From a virus (taxonomy: Duplodnaviria; Caudoviricetes): a stretch of 64,000 nt of DNA. Shown here piece after piece: positions 10,236 through 19,745 of the stretch. The position numbers and the translations under genes were made by a program. The notes under the pieces are model-generated. The model worked only from the letters and a program-made list of their open reading frames with translations. It made no database searches and was not told the origin of the DNA. The stretch covers positions 167,256 through 231,255 of the IMG/VR virus record IMGVR_UViG_642918914_000001; one strand, given 5' to 3'. Position 1 is the stretch's first letter. Each line of letters starts with the position of its first letter.

Positions 10236-10703
10236 CTAATGAGGTCCCGGTCCATTTCCATTTGCTGTCCCCTGATTGAGTGGAGGTGCCTGCGGGCCAA
10301 ACACAGGGCTGGCGTCCAGCAGTTGATTGATGGCGTCGGCCATCGACGTATCGAATCCGCAGCTTGCAGCAGACTGCTTGTTCTGCGTGACGTACTTAGT
10401 GATCACCGTCTGTCGCTGCGCGGTGACGCGCTGCGTAAGATCCTGAATGGTGGCTGCATCCAGATGCGACTGCCGTTCCAGGTCGGCGATGCGCTTGTTG
10501 GTGGCTTGATGCTCGGCGTTCTGCTGATCGATCATCTGATTGATGGTCGTCTGCTGCGTGTTCCACGCTTCCTTGTGTCCAACGTCGTAGCCTTTGGCAT
10601 AGCCGCGACTGTTGCCAACAGAGTAGGCACCGACCACAGCGGTCACGAGGATGATGAGCATCGCGCCATACTTGGCCGCGTAACTAGCGAGAAATGGGGG
10701 CAT
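10236..10703 (-). CDS. i-spanin (Rz-like)
   Basis: N-terminal TM helix, coiled coil, C-terminal Cys (SCGFD). Confidence 0.65.
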   Translation of the reverse strand: MPPFLASYAAKYGAMLIILVTAVVGAYSVGNSRGYAKGYDVGHKEAWNTQQTTINQMIDQQNAEHQATNKRIADLERQSHLDAATIQDLTQRVTAQRQTVITKYVTQNKQSAASCGFDTSMADAINQLLDASPVFGPQAPPLNQGTANGNGPGPH

Positions 10704-11001
10704 TGACAGCTCCTCGTTGATGGCTGAATTCCGGCAGCGGGTCACTGAATTGGTGACCATGCGCCACATAGTTTGCGCGGTAGTAGTTAAGGCACGCATC
10801 AGGGCCAAGCGCAGCGCACTCACGGAACTGAGTGCGGTGATCGCCGCGAAGGATGTAGAAGCGTTCCATGTTGCCGATTACCAGCGACGTCGTAACATCA
10901 CCGTACACTTCGGTGTCGGTGTCGTTGTAGCTGATGTAGAAGCCGTCGCCCTCCAGGATTAGGTTGGGGGCGCCCGGTGCACAAACCCATTCGAAGTTCA
11001 T
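10684..11001 (-). CDS. Hypothetical protein
   Basis: ORF with GAGGAG RBS. Confidence 0.55.
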   Translation of the reverse strand: MNFEWVCAPGAPNLILEGDGFYISYNDTDTEVYGDVTTSLVIGNMERFYILRGDHRTQFRECAALGPDACLNYYRANYVAHGHQFSDPLPEFSHQRGAVNAPISR

Positions 11002-11010
11002 AGAATCTCC

Positions 11011-12048
11011 TCAAAAGAACTTGCTCTTCAATCGATCGATGATGTGCTGCGGGCAGTTGCCTGGATCCCACAACGCGACGCCAGCAGCCTTCGCTGCCTT
11101 AGACGGCGAAGGCTGGTCTTTGAACTTGAGCCAAGGACTGCCCTTCATTTCCCAGAGGCGAAGAGCGCGATACTGCATAAGCTGGCTTCGCTCGAATGAT
11201 TCGGTGATGCGATCGGTGGCAGCCAAACCCGCACAGTCGCCGTCCATGAACGTGATGCATCGGTCGACGCCACGTGCCTCGAGAATCTTGATCTTATCCA
11301 CACTCCAACTCTGCGTTCCGAAGATGCAGACTGCTGGAATACGGTTGGACAGCAGGCGCAGCGCATCACGTTGCCCTTCCACGAGCACGATGCTGGTAGA
11401 ACCCAGCTCTTCCATAAGTTGGATGCTGTAGTTCAATGGCCATAGACCGTGAGTCTTAGACCATGTGCTGGCCGCTGATTTAGCCAGAAGATAGCTGGGT
11501 TTGTCCTCTTCCTTCTTCAATCGTGCCAGGAAGTAACCTACCTGCTGATCACCAATCTGCACCGGGAAGTGGATGAACTTCTTACCATAGCAGTGATAGT
11601 CCTCCAGCCACTTGCGAGCCAGACGCCCTCCCAACTTGATGAGCAGGTCCGTGGAGATGCCGCGCCACTTCTTGCCAGCGGGCAGCGGGCTGAACTTGAA
11701 CTCATCCCTCACGAACTTGTCGCTCGACATGAGTAGATTCATGCCCTTGTCTATCTGCAAGTCCTGGGCCATGCGTACGCTGGGGGCCTGTCGGGTGAAT
11801 GGCTCCAATCCAAGTAGAGGCGCCACCTTATCCCACGTATGGCCTTTCTCGCATGCGAAGCAGTAGAAGGATCCAGGACTGTACTTGCCATCCCCAACCG
11901 TGACGAACGCGCTAGGCGTGTTCTCGCTGTGGAACGGACACAGAATCATCATCCGGTGTCCGGTCTCCTTCTTCACTCCGCTGTAGCGCGCCATCTGCTG
12001 GCGCACAAACTGCAACTTCTCTTGTCTAGTTAGCGGATCCATACCCAA
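11011..12048 (-). CDS. DNA primase (Zn finger + TOPRIM)
   Basis: CPFH...CFAC zinc finger; VLVEGQRDAL and MDGD TOPRIM motifs. Confidence 0.88.
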   Translation of the reverse strand: MGMDPLTRQEKLQFVRQQMARYSGVKKETGHRMMILCPFHSENTPSAFVTVGDGKYSPGSFYCFACEKGHTWDKVAPLLGLEPFTRQAPSVRMAQDLQIDKGMNLLMSSDKFVRDEFKFSPLPAGKKWRGISTDLLIKLGGRLARKWLEDYHCYGKKFIHFPVQIGDQQVGYFLARLKKEEDKPSYLLAKSAASTWSKTHGLWPLNYSIQLMEELGSTSIVLVEGQRDALRLLSNRIPAVCIFGTQSWSVDKIKILEARGVDRCITFMDGDCAGLAATDRITESFERSQLMQYRALRLWEMKGSPWLKFKDQPSPSKAAKAAGVALWDPGNCPQHIIDRLKSKFF

Positions 12049-12053
12049 TCACA

Positions 12054-12746
12054 CTACGTCAGTTCTCGGGTCAACGTGGGCACTTCGGGGTCTTTGAACA
12101 GGTAATGCTCAAGGCTGTTGAAGCATTTGAGGACGCCGTCCACTCCCGTATGCGTTTGACTCCACTTCCACCACTTGCCGCACAGTGCTTGGCTGTATAG
12201 GAAGAGGGGCCGATCGTTCAGGTCAGGGAAGCGGTAATACACGTAACGAGGGAAGTCGTGCTGCCGAGTGTCCTGCACGAACCACTGATCCGTGGTCAGC
12301 ACCAAGCGCACGCCGTTGTTCACGGTGTCGTACACGCCAATCACGTACACAGTGCGCCCTCGCGTCATGACTGCTAGATGCCCATGCTGCCCGCTGTTCA
12401 CCATGAACGAGGTGAACAGCCAGCTATGCAGAAGAATCTGCTGCTGGATGCGATGCAGCTTGTACAACTGGCGGCTGGACTCGAACTCGGCTTCCATCAA
12501 CGGAAGCCGCTCCTCCAGCACACTATTTACTGCTTCGGGCGTGGATCCAACCGTGAACACCGAGAACGACTTGGCACGCTGGGGCACGTGAATAGCGACA
12601 GGCGGCACTTGTGCGGCTTGCACCTGACACTCGCCACGATAGCGGTGAGGGGTGTGGTTCCACGTGTGTGGGTCTTCAAACTGGGGGAAATTAGACTGCG
12701 GTCCGTTGGCGGACAGCACAAGGCTTGCGTATAACTGGCGAGCCAT
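12054..12746 (-). CDS. Hypothetical protein
   Basis: ORF between the polymerase region and primase. Confidence 0.55.
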   Translation of the reverse strand: MARQLYASLVLSANGPQSNFPQFEDPHTWNHTPHRYRGECQVQAAQVPPVAIHVPQRAKSFSVFTVGSTPEAVNSVLEERLPLMEAEFESSRQLYKLHRIQQQILLHSWLFTSFMVNSGQHGHLAVMTRGRTVYVIGVYDTVNNGVRLVLTTDQWFVQDTRQHDFPRYVYYRFPDLNDRPLFLYSQALCGKWWKWSQTHTGVDGVLKCFNSLEHYLFKDPEVPTLTRELT

Positions 12747-12755
12747 AGAAACCTC

Positions 12756-13139
12756 TCAGTGGGTCGTGGCGCGCACCTGAAAGTCAGGAAGCGGGTCGTT
12801 GTTGATGAGCCCTCCAAACTGAAGGGCCAGTTCCTCTGGATCAGCGATATCCAGTGTCGTGATGTAGGACACTATCCAATTGGTCGCCCGTTCGATGTCG
12901 CGAGTGAAGAGCAGGTTGCTCCACACCTCGCGCACGAAGATCGAATAGTAGTAAGAAGACGCCGGGGACAGTTCAACTATCAAGATCTGGTAGTTGGCCC
13001 ACCCCGTGTCCACTTGTCGAGCCATCACCGCGTAGGTTGCATACGGATGTTGCTCCAAGTCGCTTATCACGTACTCCAATTCGCCAACCCGATTCACTGC
13101 ATACCGTTCGCTGACGGCATCGGTATCGGTCATTGTCAC
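12756..13139 (-). CDS. Hypothetical protein
   Basis: GTGA overlap with the polymerase stop. Confidence 0.5.
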   Translation of the reverse strand: MTMTDTDAVSERYAVNRVGELEYVISDLEQHPYATYAVMARQVDTGWANYQILIVELSPASSYYYSIFVREVWSNLLFTRDIERATNWIVSYITTLDIADPEELALQFGGLINNDPLPDFQVRATTH

Positions 13140-16100
13140 TCCATGAACTCTGCAACAGCTTCGGAGATCTGGCGATCAAGGTCTGTGACCCCCAGCAGCG
13201 GATAGCTCTTCTGCAGAGCACGGCGTACCTTCGGATCAGTCCACGGCCGGAACACGCGGCGCAGCACGTCTTCCTTCTTGCCCTCCAGCACACCCAGCTT
13301 CTCGGCGTCGTCAACAGCCGCCTTCAAGTGAGCGACCAGCTCCTTCACGTCCCACGACCACTTGCGGCTCTTGTCGTCGGACACACCGATTTCGCACTCG
13401 ATCTCAGGAGCAATCGTCCACTTGAAGTTGAACGCCTTCTCGTAGGCAGCTTGCACGCCGTACGTTGCTTGATACTGCAAGATGTGGATGAAGGGGATCA
13501 CCATATCGTAGGGAACCATCTTGTACAACGCATCGTGCACTGCGCGTTGACTGAACACCCGCAGCTCCCAATCCGAACGATCGATGCCCAGCATTTTCTT
13601 GAGCTTCGGTAGCCGCTTGTAGTACTCCGTGATGATCAAGCGATCTGCCTTGTTGCCGATCTCGCTGGCCACCCCTTGGATTGGCGCGTTGGTGCCACGC
13701 CGCACCTGCTTGCTGATGATTCGCTTGTCACCGGTCATGGCGGCGTACAGGTGACGAACGCGGCCATTGAACGAGTAGACGTAGAACTTCTCTTCAGCCA
13801 TCTTGGACATGCGCTGAATCCAGCGGTGACCCGCCTTAAATTCACCGAACATCTTGTCGACGATGCCTTGCGCGTATTCCGAGCGATCTTCGTTGAACAG
13901 GGCGGTCAGCTTGTCGTCCAGCTCTTCCAGCATCTCGTTGATGCGCGCCAGCCGCTTCGCGTCCTTGCACGTCAAGCTCTCGTCGTACAGCTTGGCAACC
14001 TCAGCGCGCAGACTGGAGATGTCGCCTTCCTTGGTATCCTCGCCCAGTGTCTCAGCGCCCTTGCCATAAATCACGCCGAACACAACCTTCTTAACAGCGT
14101 CACGCAGTGGGTGATCCTTGTCCACCAGCTTCTTGAAGAAGCGCTGCACGTTGAGAATGTGGAAGTCACCCTTCTCCTTCAGCGCCTTCTTGTTGGCGTC
14201 CGACGGATCTTGAATGAATGCCTGACGCAGCTCAAGGCCAGTGCGGAACGCGGCGGCGATCACCTTGTCGCCGGACGCCACACTCCAGATACGAACTTCA
14301 TGTGCCGAATAGTCGAAGCGCACCAGCAGGTAGCCGGGGCGCGCAACGAACAGCGTCTTCAACAGTTTGGACAGCGGCCCGCGACTTGGGATCTGCTGGA
14401 GGTTAGGGTCCTTGGAACCCAAACGACCAGTATCCACAAGGAAGTAGTCAGCGCGCAGGCTGTCGTCAGTGGACTCGTCAAGCGCGGTGTTCAACCGACG
14501 CGACCATGCCTTGACGTAGGTGGAGATCACCTTGGTCAGCGCCTGATACTCGCCATACAGCGCCACCACCTTGTTCTTGTCCTTGTAGTGCTTGATGAAC
14601 TCCTTGTCGATCTGCGGCTTGCCCGTGATCTTGGACATGGACAGCGGTTCCAAGCCCAGCACGTCGAAGAACAGCTTGGCCTTGTGGTCAGGCTTCGTGG
14701 GTTGGAAGATCCACTTGTCGCTAACGCCACCAAACAACGACTTGGCCTTGAACCCAGAGTCGCTCAGCAGTTCTTTGTTGGCTTTGCGCACTTCGTTCAT
14801 GAGACGCAACTGGTCTAGGGTCTTCGCCATCATCTCGCGCAGTGGGCTCTTCGGCCCCATCAGATGCTTGAGCGCCGGGCGCGACAGACTGCTGCCGTCG
14901 TTGCGCATGTGTGACAGCGCGTGCGCCGTATCGCTCATCTGCTGCTCCATGTGACGAACGAAGTACGGCGCGAAGCTCTGGCCATCGATCTCCATGTACG
15001 AAGCACGCTTGATCTGCATCTGACGGATGTGCGCAATCGACACGGTGTCGGTCGACGCATACTCCAGGAAGTCAGGGTTGTCTGGCTTCACCTGTCCACT
15101 AGTGCTACGCTGCGCCTTGGAGAAGGCCGCAGTGTAGTAGTGGTCGTTGCCGTAGCTGGTAAAGATCGGAGCCAAACCACCATACGTCGCTTTCTTCCCG
15201 TCAGGGTTCACGGCATTGGACGCCGCGTTCAGTAGGCTGGCGTTCTCGTCAAGGCTGTGCTCCGCGAACATGATTTCCCACACCGGCAACCACATGATGG
15301 GAATGCGCAGAATCTGGCGGATCACGCGCAAGTCAAACATGTGGCCGTTGAAGGTGATGAGCAAGGGACCGGTCTTGGCCGCGAACCGCTGGCGCAGCTC
15401 ACGCTTGATGTACTGACGTTCTTCCTTCGACCAGTGAGTAAGCGGATGGTCGATAGCCAACACATAACCCGCGTTGGGATTGTGATTGGTGGTGAACTGC
15501 ATCGTGTAGATGCGGTTGTGCAAGCTGCTCAGGTTCTTGGTTTCGGTATCCAGTGCGCAGTATTCGGCAGTGTCAAACCGCTTCATCAGCTTGTCGAACT
15601 GGTCGATAGTCTTGATGAAGCGAGGCTCTGCCTTGACATGCGCCAGCGAGAACGGATGATGCTCGATCAGCAACTGCGCAAGGTGACGCGTCCAGAAGCC
15701 GAGCAAGTTGGCCAGTGCCCCATTCTTATCCAGCAGCCGGGCAAAGTCCAGGGTGGACGCGGCCTTGAACGAGAAGTCATCTTCCTTCAGCGTATGAATC
15801 CAACCCCGCTTGTAATGACCGTACGCAATCTGCGGATAGGTGACGGACAGCGCCTCGTCACCTGAGAACAGAACGTGCGTGGGGCGAAGCTTGCGAATCA
15901 TCTGGCGCAGACGGTCAGCGAATACCAGTTCCGCGTCGTGGCGCCCACGTGACGACATGTGCAGATGGCGTGCCGCGTTGAAATTGGCCACGGCCAAAGC
16001 ATATTCAGGTACCGTCTTGTCGGTACCGCGTAGGTAGGTCTGCGCCGTTTTGCGCGCATACTTGTATGCGTTGCGGAATGCAGTGAACGTGCCAACGTCG

Positions 16101-16288
16101 CCCAGCAATTCGCCTTCCTTGCCCGTACGTTCAGACGGCAGATCGCGACTGTCCACTGATTGGAACACGATGAGCAACCTGCGCTTGGACTGCTTCCAGT
16201 CACTGTCCATCTTCAGCAGCAGGTTGTAGGGAGCATTCCGCTTGAAGAACTCGTTCTGAATCTCGAAGCGAAACTGTTTGTCAAGCAT
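13136..16288 (-). CDS. Family A DNA polymerase with 3'-5' exonuclease and N-terminal UDG-like domain
   Basis: ExoI ALDTET; TGRLGSKDPNLQQIP; motif A FDYSAHEVR; motif B RDAVKKVVFGVIYG; NAPIQG; motif C VHDA. Confidence 0.93.
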   Translation of the reverse strand: MLDKQFRFEIQNEFFKRNAPYNLLLKMDSDWKQSKRRLLIVFQSVDSRDLPSERTGKEGELLGDVGTFTAFRNAYKYARKTAQTYLRGTDKTVPEYALAVANFNAARHLHMSSRGRHDAELVFADRLRQMIRKLRPTHVLFSGDEALSVTYPQIAYGHYKRGWIHTLKEDDFSFKAASTLDFARLLDKNGALANLLGFWTRHLAQLLIEHHPFSLAHVKAEPRFIKTIDQFDKLMKRFDTAEYCALDTETKNLSSLHNRIYTMQFTTNHNPNAGYVLAIDHPLTHWSKEERQYIKRELRQRFAAKTGPLLITFNGHMFDLRVIRQILRIPIMWLPVWEIMFAEHSLDENASLLNAASNAVNPDGKKATYGGLAPIFTSYGNDHYYTAAFSKAQRSTSGQVKPDNPDFLEYASTDTVSIAHIRQMQIKRASYMEIDGQSFAPYFVRHMEQQMSDTAHALSHMRNDGSSLSRPALKHLMGPKSPLREMMAKTLDQLRLMNEVRKANKELLSDSGFKAKSLFGGVSDKWIFQPTKPDHKAKLFFDVLGLEPLSMSKITGKPQIDKEFIKHYKDKNKVVALYGEYQALTKVISTYVKAWSRRLNTALDESTDDSLRADYFLVDTGRLGSKDPNLQQIPSRGPLSKLLKTLFVARPGYLLVRFDYSAHEVRIWSVASGDKVIAAAFRTGLELRQAFIQDPSDANKKALKEKGDFHILNVQRFFKKLVDKDHPLRDAVKKVVFGVIYGKGAETLGEDTKEGDISSLRAEVAKLYDESLTCKDAKRLARINEMLEELDDKLTALFNEDRSEYAQGIVDKMFGEFKAGHRWIQRMSKMAEEKFYVYSFNGRVRHLYAAMTGDKRIISKQVRRGTNAPIQGVASEIGNKADRLIITEYYKRLPKLKKMLGIDRSDWELRVFSQRAVHDALYKMVPYDMVIPFIHILQYQATYGVQAAYEKAFNFKWTIAPEIECEIGVSDDKSRKWSWDVKELVAHLKAAVDDAEKLGVLEGKKEDVLRRVFRPWTDPKVRRALQKSYPLLGVTDLDRQISEAVAEFME

Positions 16289-16313
16289 TTGAACCTCGTG
16301 GGCTGTGTGTTAC

Positions 16314-16658
16314 TTAGTGGGTGTCCTTGGTGTCCAGCACCAGACGCCCCGAATTCTTGCGTACCTGAATGGCCTTGTCGTCAAAGATCTGCACGCAGTG
16401 CCGATCCTTGATGCAGGTAATGGGCAACACCTGACCGAGGTGTTCGTGGCACCATGCCTCGATGGCCCTCACCTTTTCGGGCGACGATTCAGCAACTCGC
16501 GCAGTGAAGATGCGAACGTCACGGCCTTCCGTCAGCCAGCGCTGAACGCGCTTCACCATGATGAGAATGGGCTTTCCAATGTGCGTGGGGCCACGGTACT
16601 TGTCGTAATACGCCAAGGTACCATCAAGGTCCACGCCAATCCAACCGCGTTCGCTCAT
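16314..16658 (-). CDS. Small HAD-superfamily phosphatase
   Basis: IGVDLDGTLA, IFTAR, FDDKA. Confidence 0.75.
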   Translation of the reverse strand: MSERGWIGVDLDGTLAYYDKYRGPTHIGKPILIMVKRVQRWLTEGRDVRIFTARVAESSPEKVRAIEAWCHEHLGQVLPITCIKDRHCVQIFDDKAIQVRKNSGRLVLDTKDTH

Positions 16659-16670
16659 GATCCATTCTCC

Positions 16671-16706
16671 AAAATGAAAAAGCCCAGTAGCAGGGCCACT
16701 GGGCTT
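16671..16706 (-). terminator. Intrinsic terminator
   Basis: Minus strand AGCCCAGT-N9-ACTGGGCT-TTTTCATTTT. Confidence 0.65.
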
Positions 16707-16716
16707 ATTTACCGCC

Positions 16717-17808
16717 TTACTTGTGATGTGCGAGAAACGACAGCCAATCGCGCTCCGATCGCTTGTCGTAGCCGCGCAACCCCATGGCGTTGAGGTTCAG
16801 TCGCGGGAAGCGTCGCTTCATACACAGCGCACGATCCATGACCGCGGCAATGCTGTCAGACGACGTGGGATCCGCTTGGTACAGCATGTTGAGCCACGTG
16901 ATCTCGCGGCTGCCGATCGTAGGCACGCCCAACACCACGGCGTCGGCCGCTACGATGTTGAACGTTTCCGAGAACGACACCTGCGTCACCAAGTCCATGG
17001 ACGCCACAAGCTCTTTGAACTTGGCGTGCACCATCCACGGATGTTCGACCAGCTCGTGTTGCGGGTAGTGCTTGAACATCAGGCGCAGATTCTTGAGGAT
17101 CTGATCGCCGTTCATCTCGATGCGACCGCCGTTGATGTGGAAGCGCAGGCGACGATTGAGCCGGGCTGCCAGCTTCAGCGCGCCAATCGCCTGTTCCATG
17201 TGGTTCTTCAACGGACGTACGGCACCAAAGCACCCGATGTCCAGCGTGTCGCAGTGGTCCGGCTTCATCTCTCCGTCAACGAGATGCGTTGTCGGATAGT
17301 AGTTGGGCAGGTATGCGACCTTGGAGGCGATGTGTTCTGGCGTCCACGAGGGGTTCGCCATCTGCACTAGATGCAGGGTTTCCTCGTACATGCGCGGGCT
17401 ATTGGCCGACATGACGACATTGGGACGCTGCACGTACTTCAGCATCCAGTCGAAGGCGATCCCTTCCTGGGCTAGGAATGGAGTCTCCGAGTGATTGCGG
17501 ATCACATACTTGATCTTGGGGTTGACCGACAGCAGCTCGTCGAATTTCTCCGGCACAACCCAGAAGGCTTCAACGATCACTACCTCAGCCTGGAAGGCCA
17601 TCGCTTCCCGGTAGATCGTCGAATTGTCTTGCACGTGAACCAGCTTCACTGGCACGCCGTGTTGCATCAGCATGTCGACAACCATGCGAGCGCTATTGAA
17701 CAGGCCGCTGCTCAGCGGCTTCTTGCCGTCGCTGTAGCACCAGCTATTGATGTCGTTGTAGTCGCTATCGCGATACTTGAGGACGAAGAGGGTGCGTGGG
17801 TACGTCAT
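16717..17808 (-). CDS. GT-B fold glycosyltransferase (GT4-like)
   Basis: FGAVRPLKNH; QVSFSETFNIVAADAVVLGVP. Confidence 0.78.
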   Translation of the reverse strand: MTYPRTLFVLKYRDSDYNDINSWCYSDGKKPLSSGLFNSARMVVDMLMQHGVPVKLVHVQDNSTIYREAMAFQAEVVIVEAFWVVPEKFDELLSVNPKIKYVIRNHSETPFLAQEGIAFDWMLKYVQRPNVVMSANSPRMYEETLHLVQMANPSWTPEHIASKVAYLPNYYPTTHLVDGEMKPDHCDTLDIGCFGAVRPLKNHMEQAIGALKLAARLNRRLRFHINGGRIEMNGDQILKNLRLMFKHYPQHELVEHPWMVHAKFKELVASMDLVTQVSFSETFNIVAADAVVLGVPTIGSREITWLNMLYQADPTSSDSIAAVMDRALCMKRRFPRLNLNAMGLRGYDKRSERDWLSFLAHHK

Positions 17809-17873
17809 GAACTACTCCAAATGTTGGGACCATCAGGGAACTCCTTGCATCTTGTTCTTGTGCTACATCAAAT

Positions 17874-18608
17874 TCAGGGGTGGTAGTTGAGGAGCGACCA
17901 ATAGTCGGCAGCATTGCCAATGTCCAGCACCACCTTGTTGGAGTAGCGAGTAACGTCGGCACCCAGACACTTGAGCGCGGGTCCGCCGCTGTACAACACG
18001 AGAGGCGCGTCCAATCCGATGATGTGTTCCACGGCCTCGTCCAGCTGACGCCAGTTGTTGAGCTCGAAGTAGTGCACACGCACGCCCAGCACATCACGGC
18101 AGCGAATCTGGAGTGCGTCGGCCAAGCCGCGTGACGCGTGCAGGAAGATGAGGGACCCCGCCGTCTTGTACAGTTCGGCCTGCGCCTGCTGCGTCCACAC
18201 GTTGACGAAGAAGTTGTCAACGTACTGCTCGCGCGGACGGAACAGGTCATGAACGCTGTAGTACGGCTGCGTGATGCCCGAGATGTTGGGCGCGAAATAG
18301 TCGCTGTCGTTACCAGCGGACAACAGGCGGCGATGGAGTTCGCCGTAGGTGATGCCTTCGATGCCCATGCGCTTGCGCCACGCTTCGTCGTAGTCAGAGA
18401 CCATGGAGTCTGCGGCACGCCACCGTTTAGAGGCATCGGCACAGGATTCCATCAACTGACGTTCACCATCGCCCATGCGAGCGACGCTCAGTGATCGGTT
18501 GTTGATCAGCGCGTCACCCACCAGATAGTAGAAGGCCCATGCACTCATGGTGCGATTGGCAATGTCGACGGCACGTTCAGACAGCGAGGATAGGACCATT
18601 CCGGACAT
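17874..18608 (-). CDS. GT-D fold (DUF1792)-like protein
   Basis: LSVARMGDGE; C-terminal GGPALK...VVLDIGN. Confidence 0.6.
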   Translation of the reverse strand: MSGMVLSSLSERAVDIANRTMSAWAFYYLVGDALINNRSLSVARMGDGERQLMESCADASKRWRAADSMVSDYDEAWRKRMGIEGITYGELHRRLLSAGNDSDYFAPNISGITQPYYSVHDLFRPREQYVDNFFVNVWTQQAQAELYKTAGSLIFLHASRGLADALQIRCRDVLGVRVHYFELNNWRQLDEAVEHIIGLDAPLVLYSGGPALKCLGADVTRYSNKVVLDIGNAADYWSLLNYHP

Positions 18609-18624
18609 GTTGATGCTCCTTAGT

Positions 18625-18657
18625 CAAAAAGAAAGGGGACCCAATGAGGGTCCCCTG
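18625..18657 (-). terminator. Intrinsic terminator
   Basis: Minus strand AGGGGACCC-TCATT-GGGTCCCCT-TTCTTTTTG. Confidence 0.75.
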
Positions 18658-18903
18658 TTATGCGCGTGACTGCAGTTCGAGGACAGTGTCGTCGTCTGCA
18701 AACTGATCGAAGTAATGGTACTCAGGGCACCGAAGTGAGTAATGCCCGCCGCAGGAATCACACGCGGCTTCGCAGATGCGCCAGTCTTCCACAGGGTGGA
18801 ACTTGTCGCATTCTGGACATTTCAGATCGTGCTCGGTGAGTGTCGGTGGACCATCCAGTAATGGACCGTGATCCTGAATGAAATCGTACACGGTAATGGT
18901 CAT
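18658..18903 (-). CDS. Small zinc-finger protein
   Basis: CPEC...CDSC..H...CP; GAGGTG RBS. Confidence 0.55.
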   Translation of the reverse strand: MTITVYDFIQDHGPLLDGPPTLTEHDLKCPECDKFHPVEDWRICEAACDSCGGHYSLRCPEYHYFDQFADDDTVLELQSRA

Positions 18904-18919
18904 AGACACCTCGGTGTTA

Positions 18920-19038
18920 TGGAGTCGCGCCCCGAATCGAACGGGATGGGATGTAGCTGAATTCAACCAGACCAACGTGCGGCCGCACGCCTACACCTCT
19001 TATGTATTCATACCAGCAGCCTACTGGACTCACGCGAC
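18920..19038 (-). ncRNA. tRNA-like RNA (119 nt) with encoded CCA and remodelled D and anticodon domains
   Basis: Acceptor GTCGCG/CGCGAC-T-CCA, T arm CCCG-TTCGATT-CGGG; central GGTGTAG/CTACATC stem encloses extra hairpins instead of a 7-nt loop. Confidence 0.6.
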
Positions 19039-19045
19039 AAAGACT

Positions 19046-19121
19046 TGGAGCGGGCGACGAGACTCGAACTCGCGACATCTTGCTTGGAAGGCAAGAACTC
19101 TACCAACTGAGCTACGCCCGC
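19046..19121 (-). tRNA. tRNA-Gly (TCC)
   Basis: 76-nt cloverleaf GCGGGCG...CTTGC-CTTCCAA-GCAAG...GTTCGAGT...CGCCCGC-T-CCA. Confidence 0.93.
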
Positions 19122-19132
19122 AGAAACTGAAA

Positions 19133-19207
19133 CAACTCCCTTAGTGGGTTCGAACCACTGCCTGCCCCCGTCGGGACCGCTCTACCACTCTAAGCTAAAG
19201 GGAATTG
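19133..19207 (-). ncRNA. tRNA-like element with truncated (about 4-nt) anticodon loop and no CCA
   Basis: D arm GCTT-AGAGTGGTA-GAGC, T arm AGTGG-TTCGAAC-CCACT, extended acceptor CAATTCCCTT/AAGGGAGTTG. Confidence 0.55.
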
Positions 19208-19273
19208 AGTTTGCTCACCAGCATGGAGAAGGTGCGCACAGTGCACCCCCTTGGTCCATACACGGCTTGCAGA

Positions 19274-19351
19274 TGGTCCGAGTGAGAGGATTCGAACCTC
19301 CGACCCCCTGATCCCAAATCAGGTGCGCTAACCAGACTGCGCTACACTCGG
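19274..19351 (-). tRNA. tRNA-Pro (TGG)
   Basis: Cloverleaf CCGAGTG...CCTGA-TTTGGGA-TCAGG...GTTCGAAT...CACTCGG-A-CCA. Confidence 0.92.
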
Positions 19352-19358
19352 TAAACAG

Positions 19359-19745
19359 TTAGACCGCCAACGACGATCTATGAAAAGCGATGTGCCTGAA
19401 CACTGGCAACTCTAGCGTCGGCGGGTTGATGGGTAGTCCCCAAGCTTCCAGCAGTGGATGAAACGTTGAGTCGATCCAGCCTTCGGCAACCACAGAATCG
19501 GAATTTGTGGACAGCGTAGGTAGCGGGCGCGCAGTTCGTCTGTAGTAGACAGACTTATCGACAGCGCCACGCTCATGGGGCAAGCGTTCAACCAAGTTGA
19601 GTTCTACGCCTAGTCGCAGCGCCAAACGCACTTGGTACACGTTGGACCCAAGCATGGACACTAGGTCCAATGCCGCGACCTTTTCAAATTGCTCAGCCGC
19701 CTTCAGAATCTCGATCTGCTGGCGAGTCAGGGTAATCTCTGGCAT
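19359..19745 (-). CDS. Hypothetical protein, possible winged HTH
   Basis: LTRQQIEILKA...LVSMLG...VRLALR...LVER pattern. Confidence 0.4.
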   Translation of the reverse strand: MPEITLTRQQIEILKAAEQFEKVAALDLVSMLGSNVYQVRLALRLGVELNLVERLPHERGAVDKSVYYRRTARPLPTLSTNSDSVVAEGWIDSTFHPLLEAWGLPINPPTLELPVFRHIAFHRSSLAV

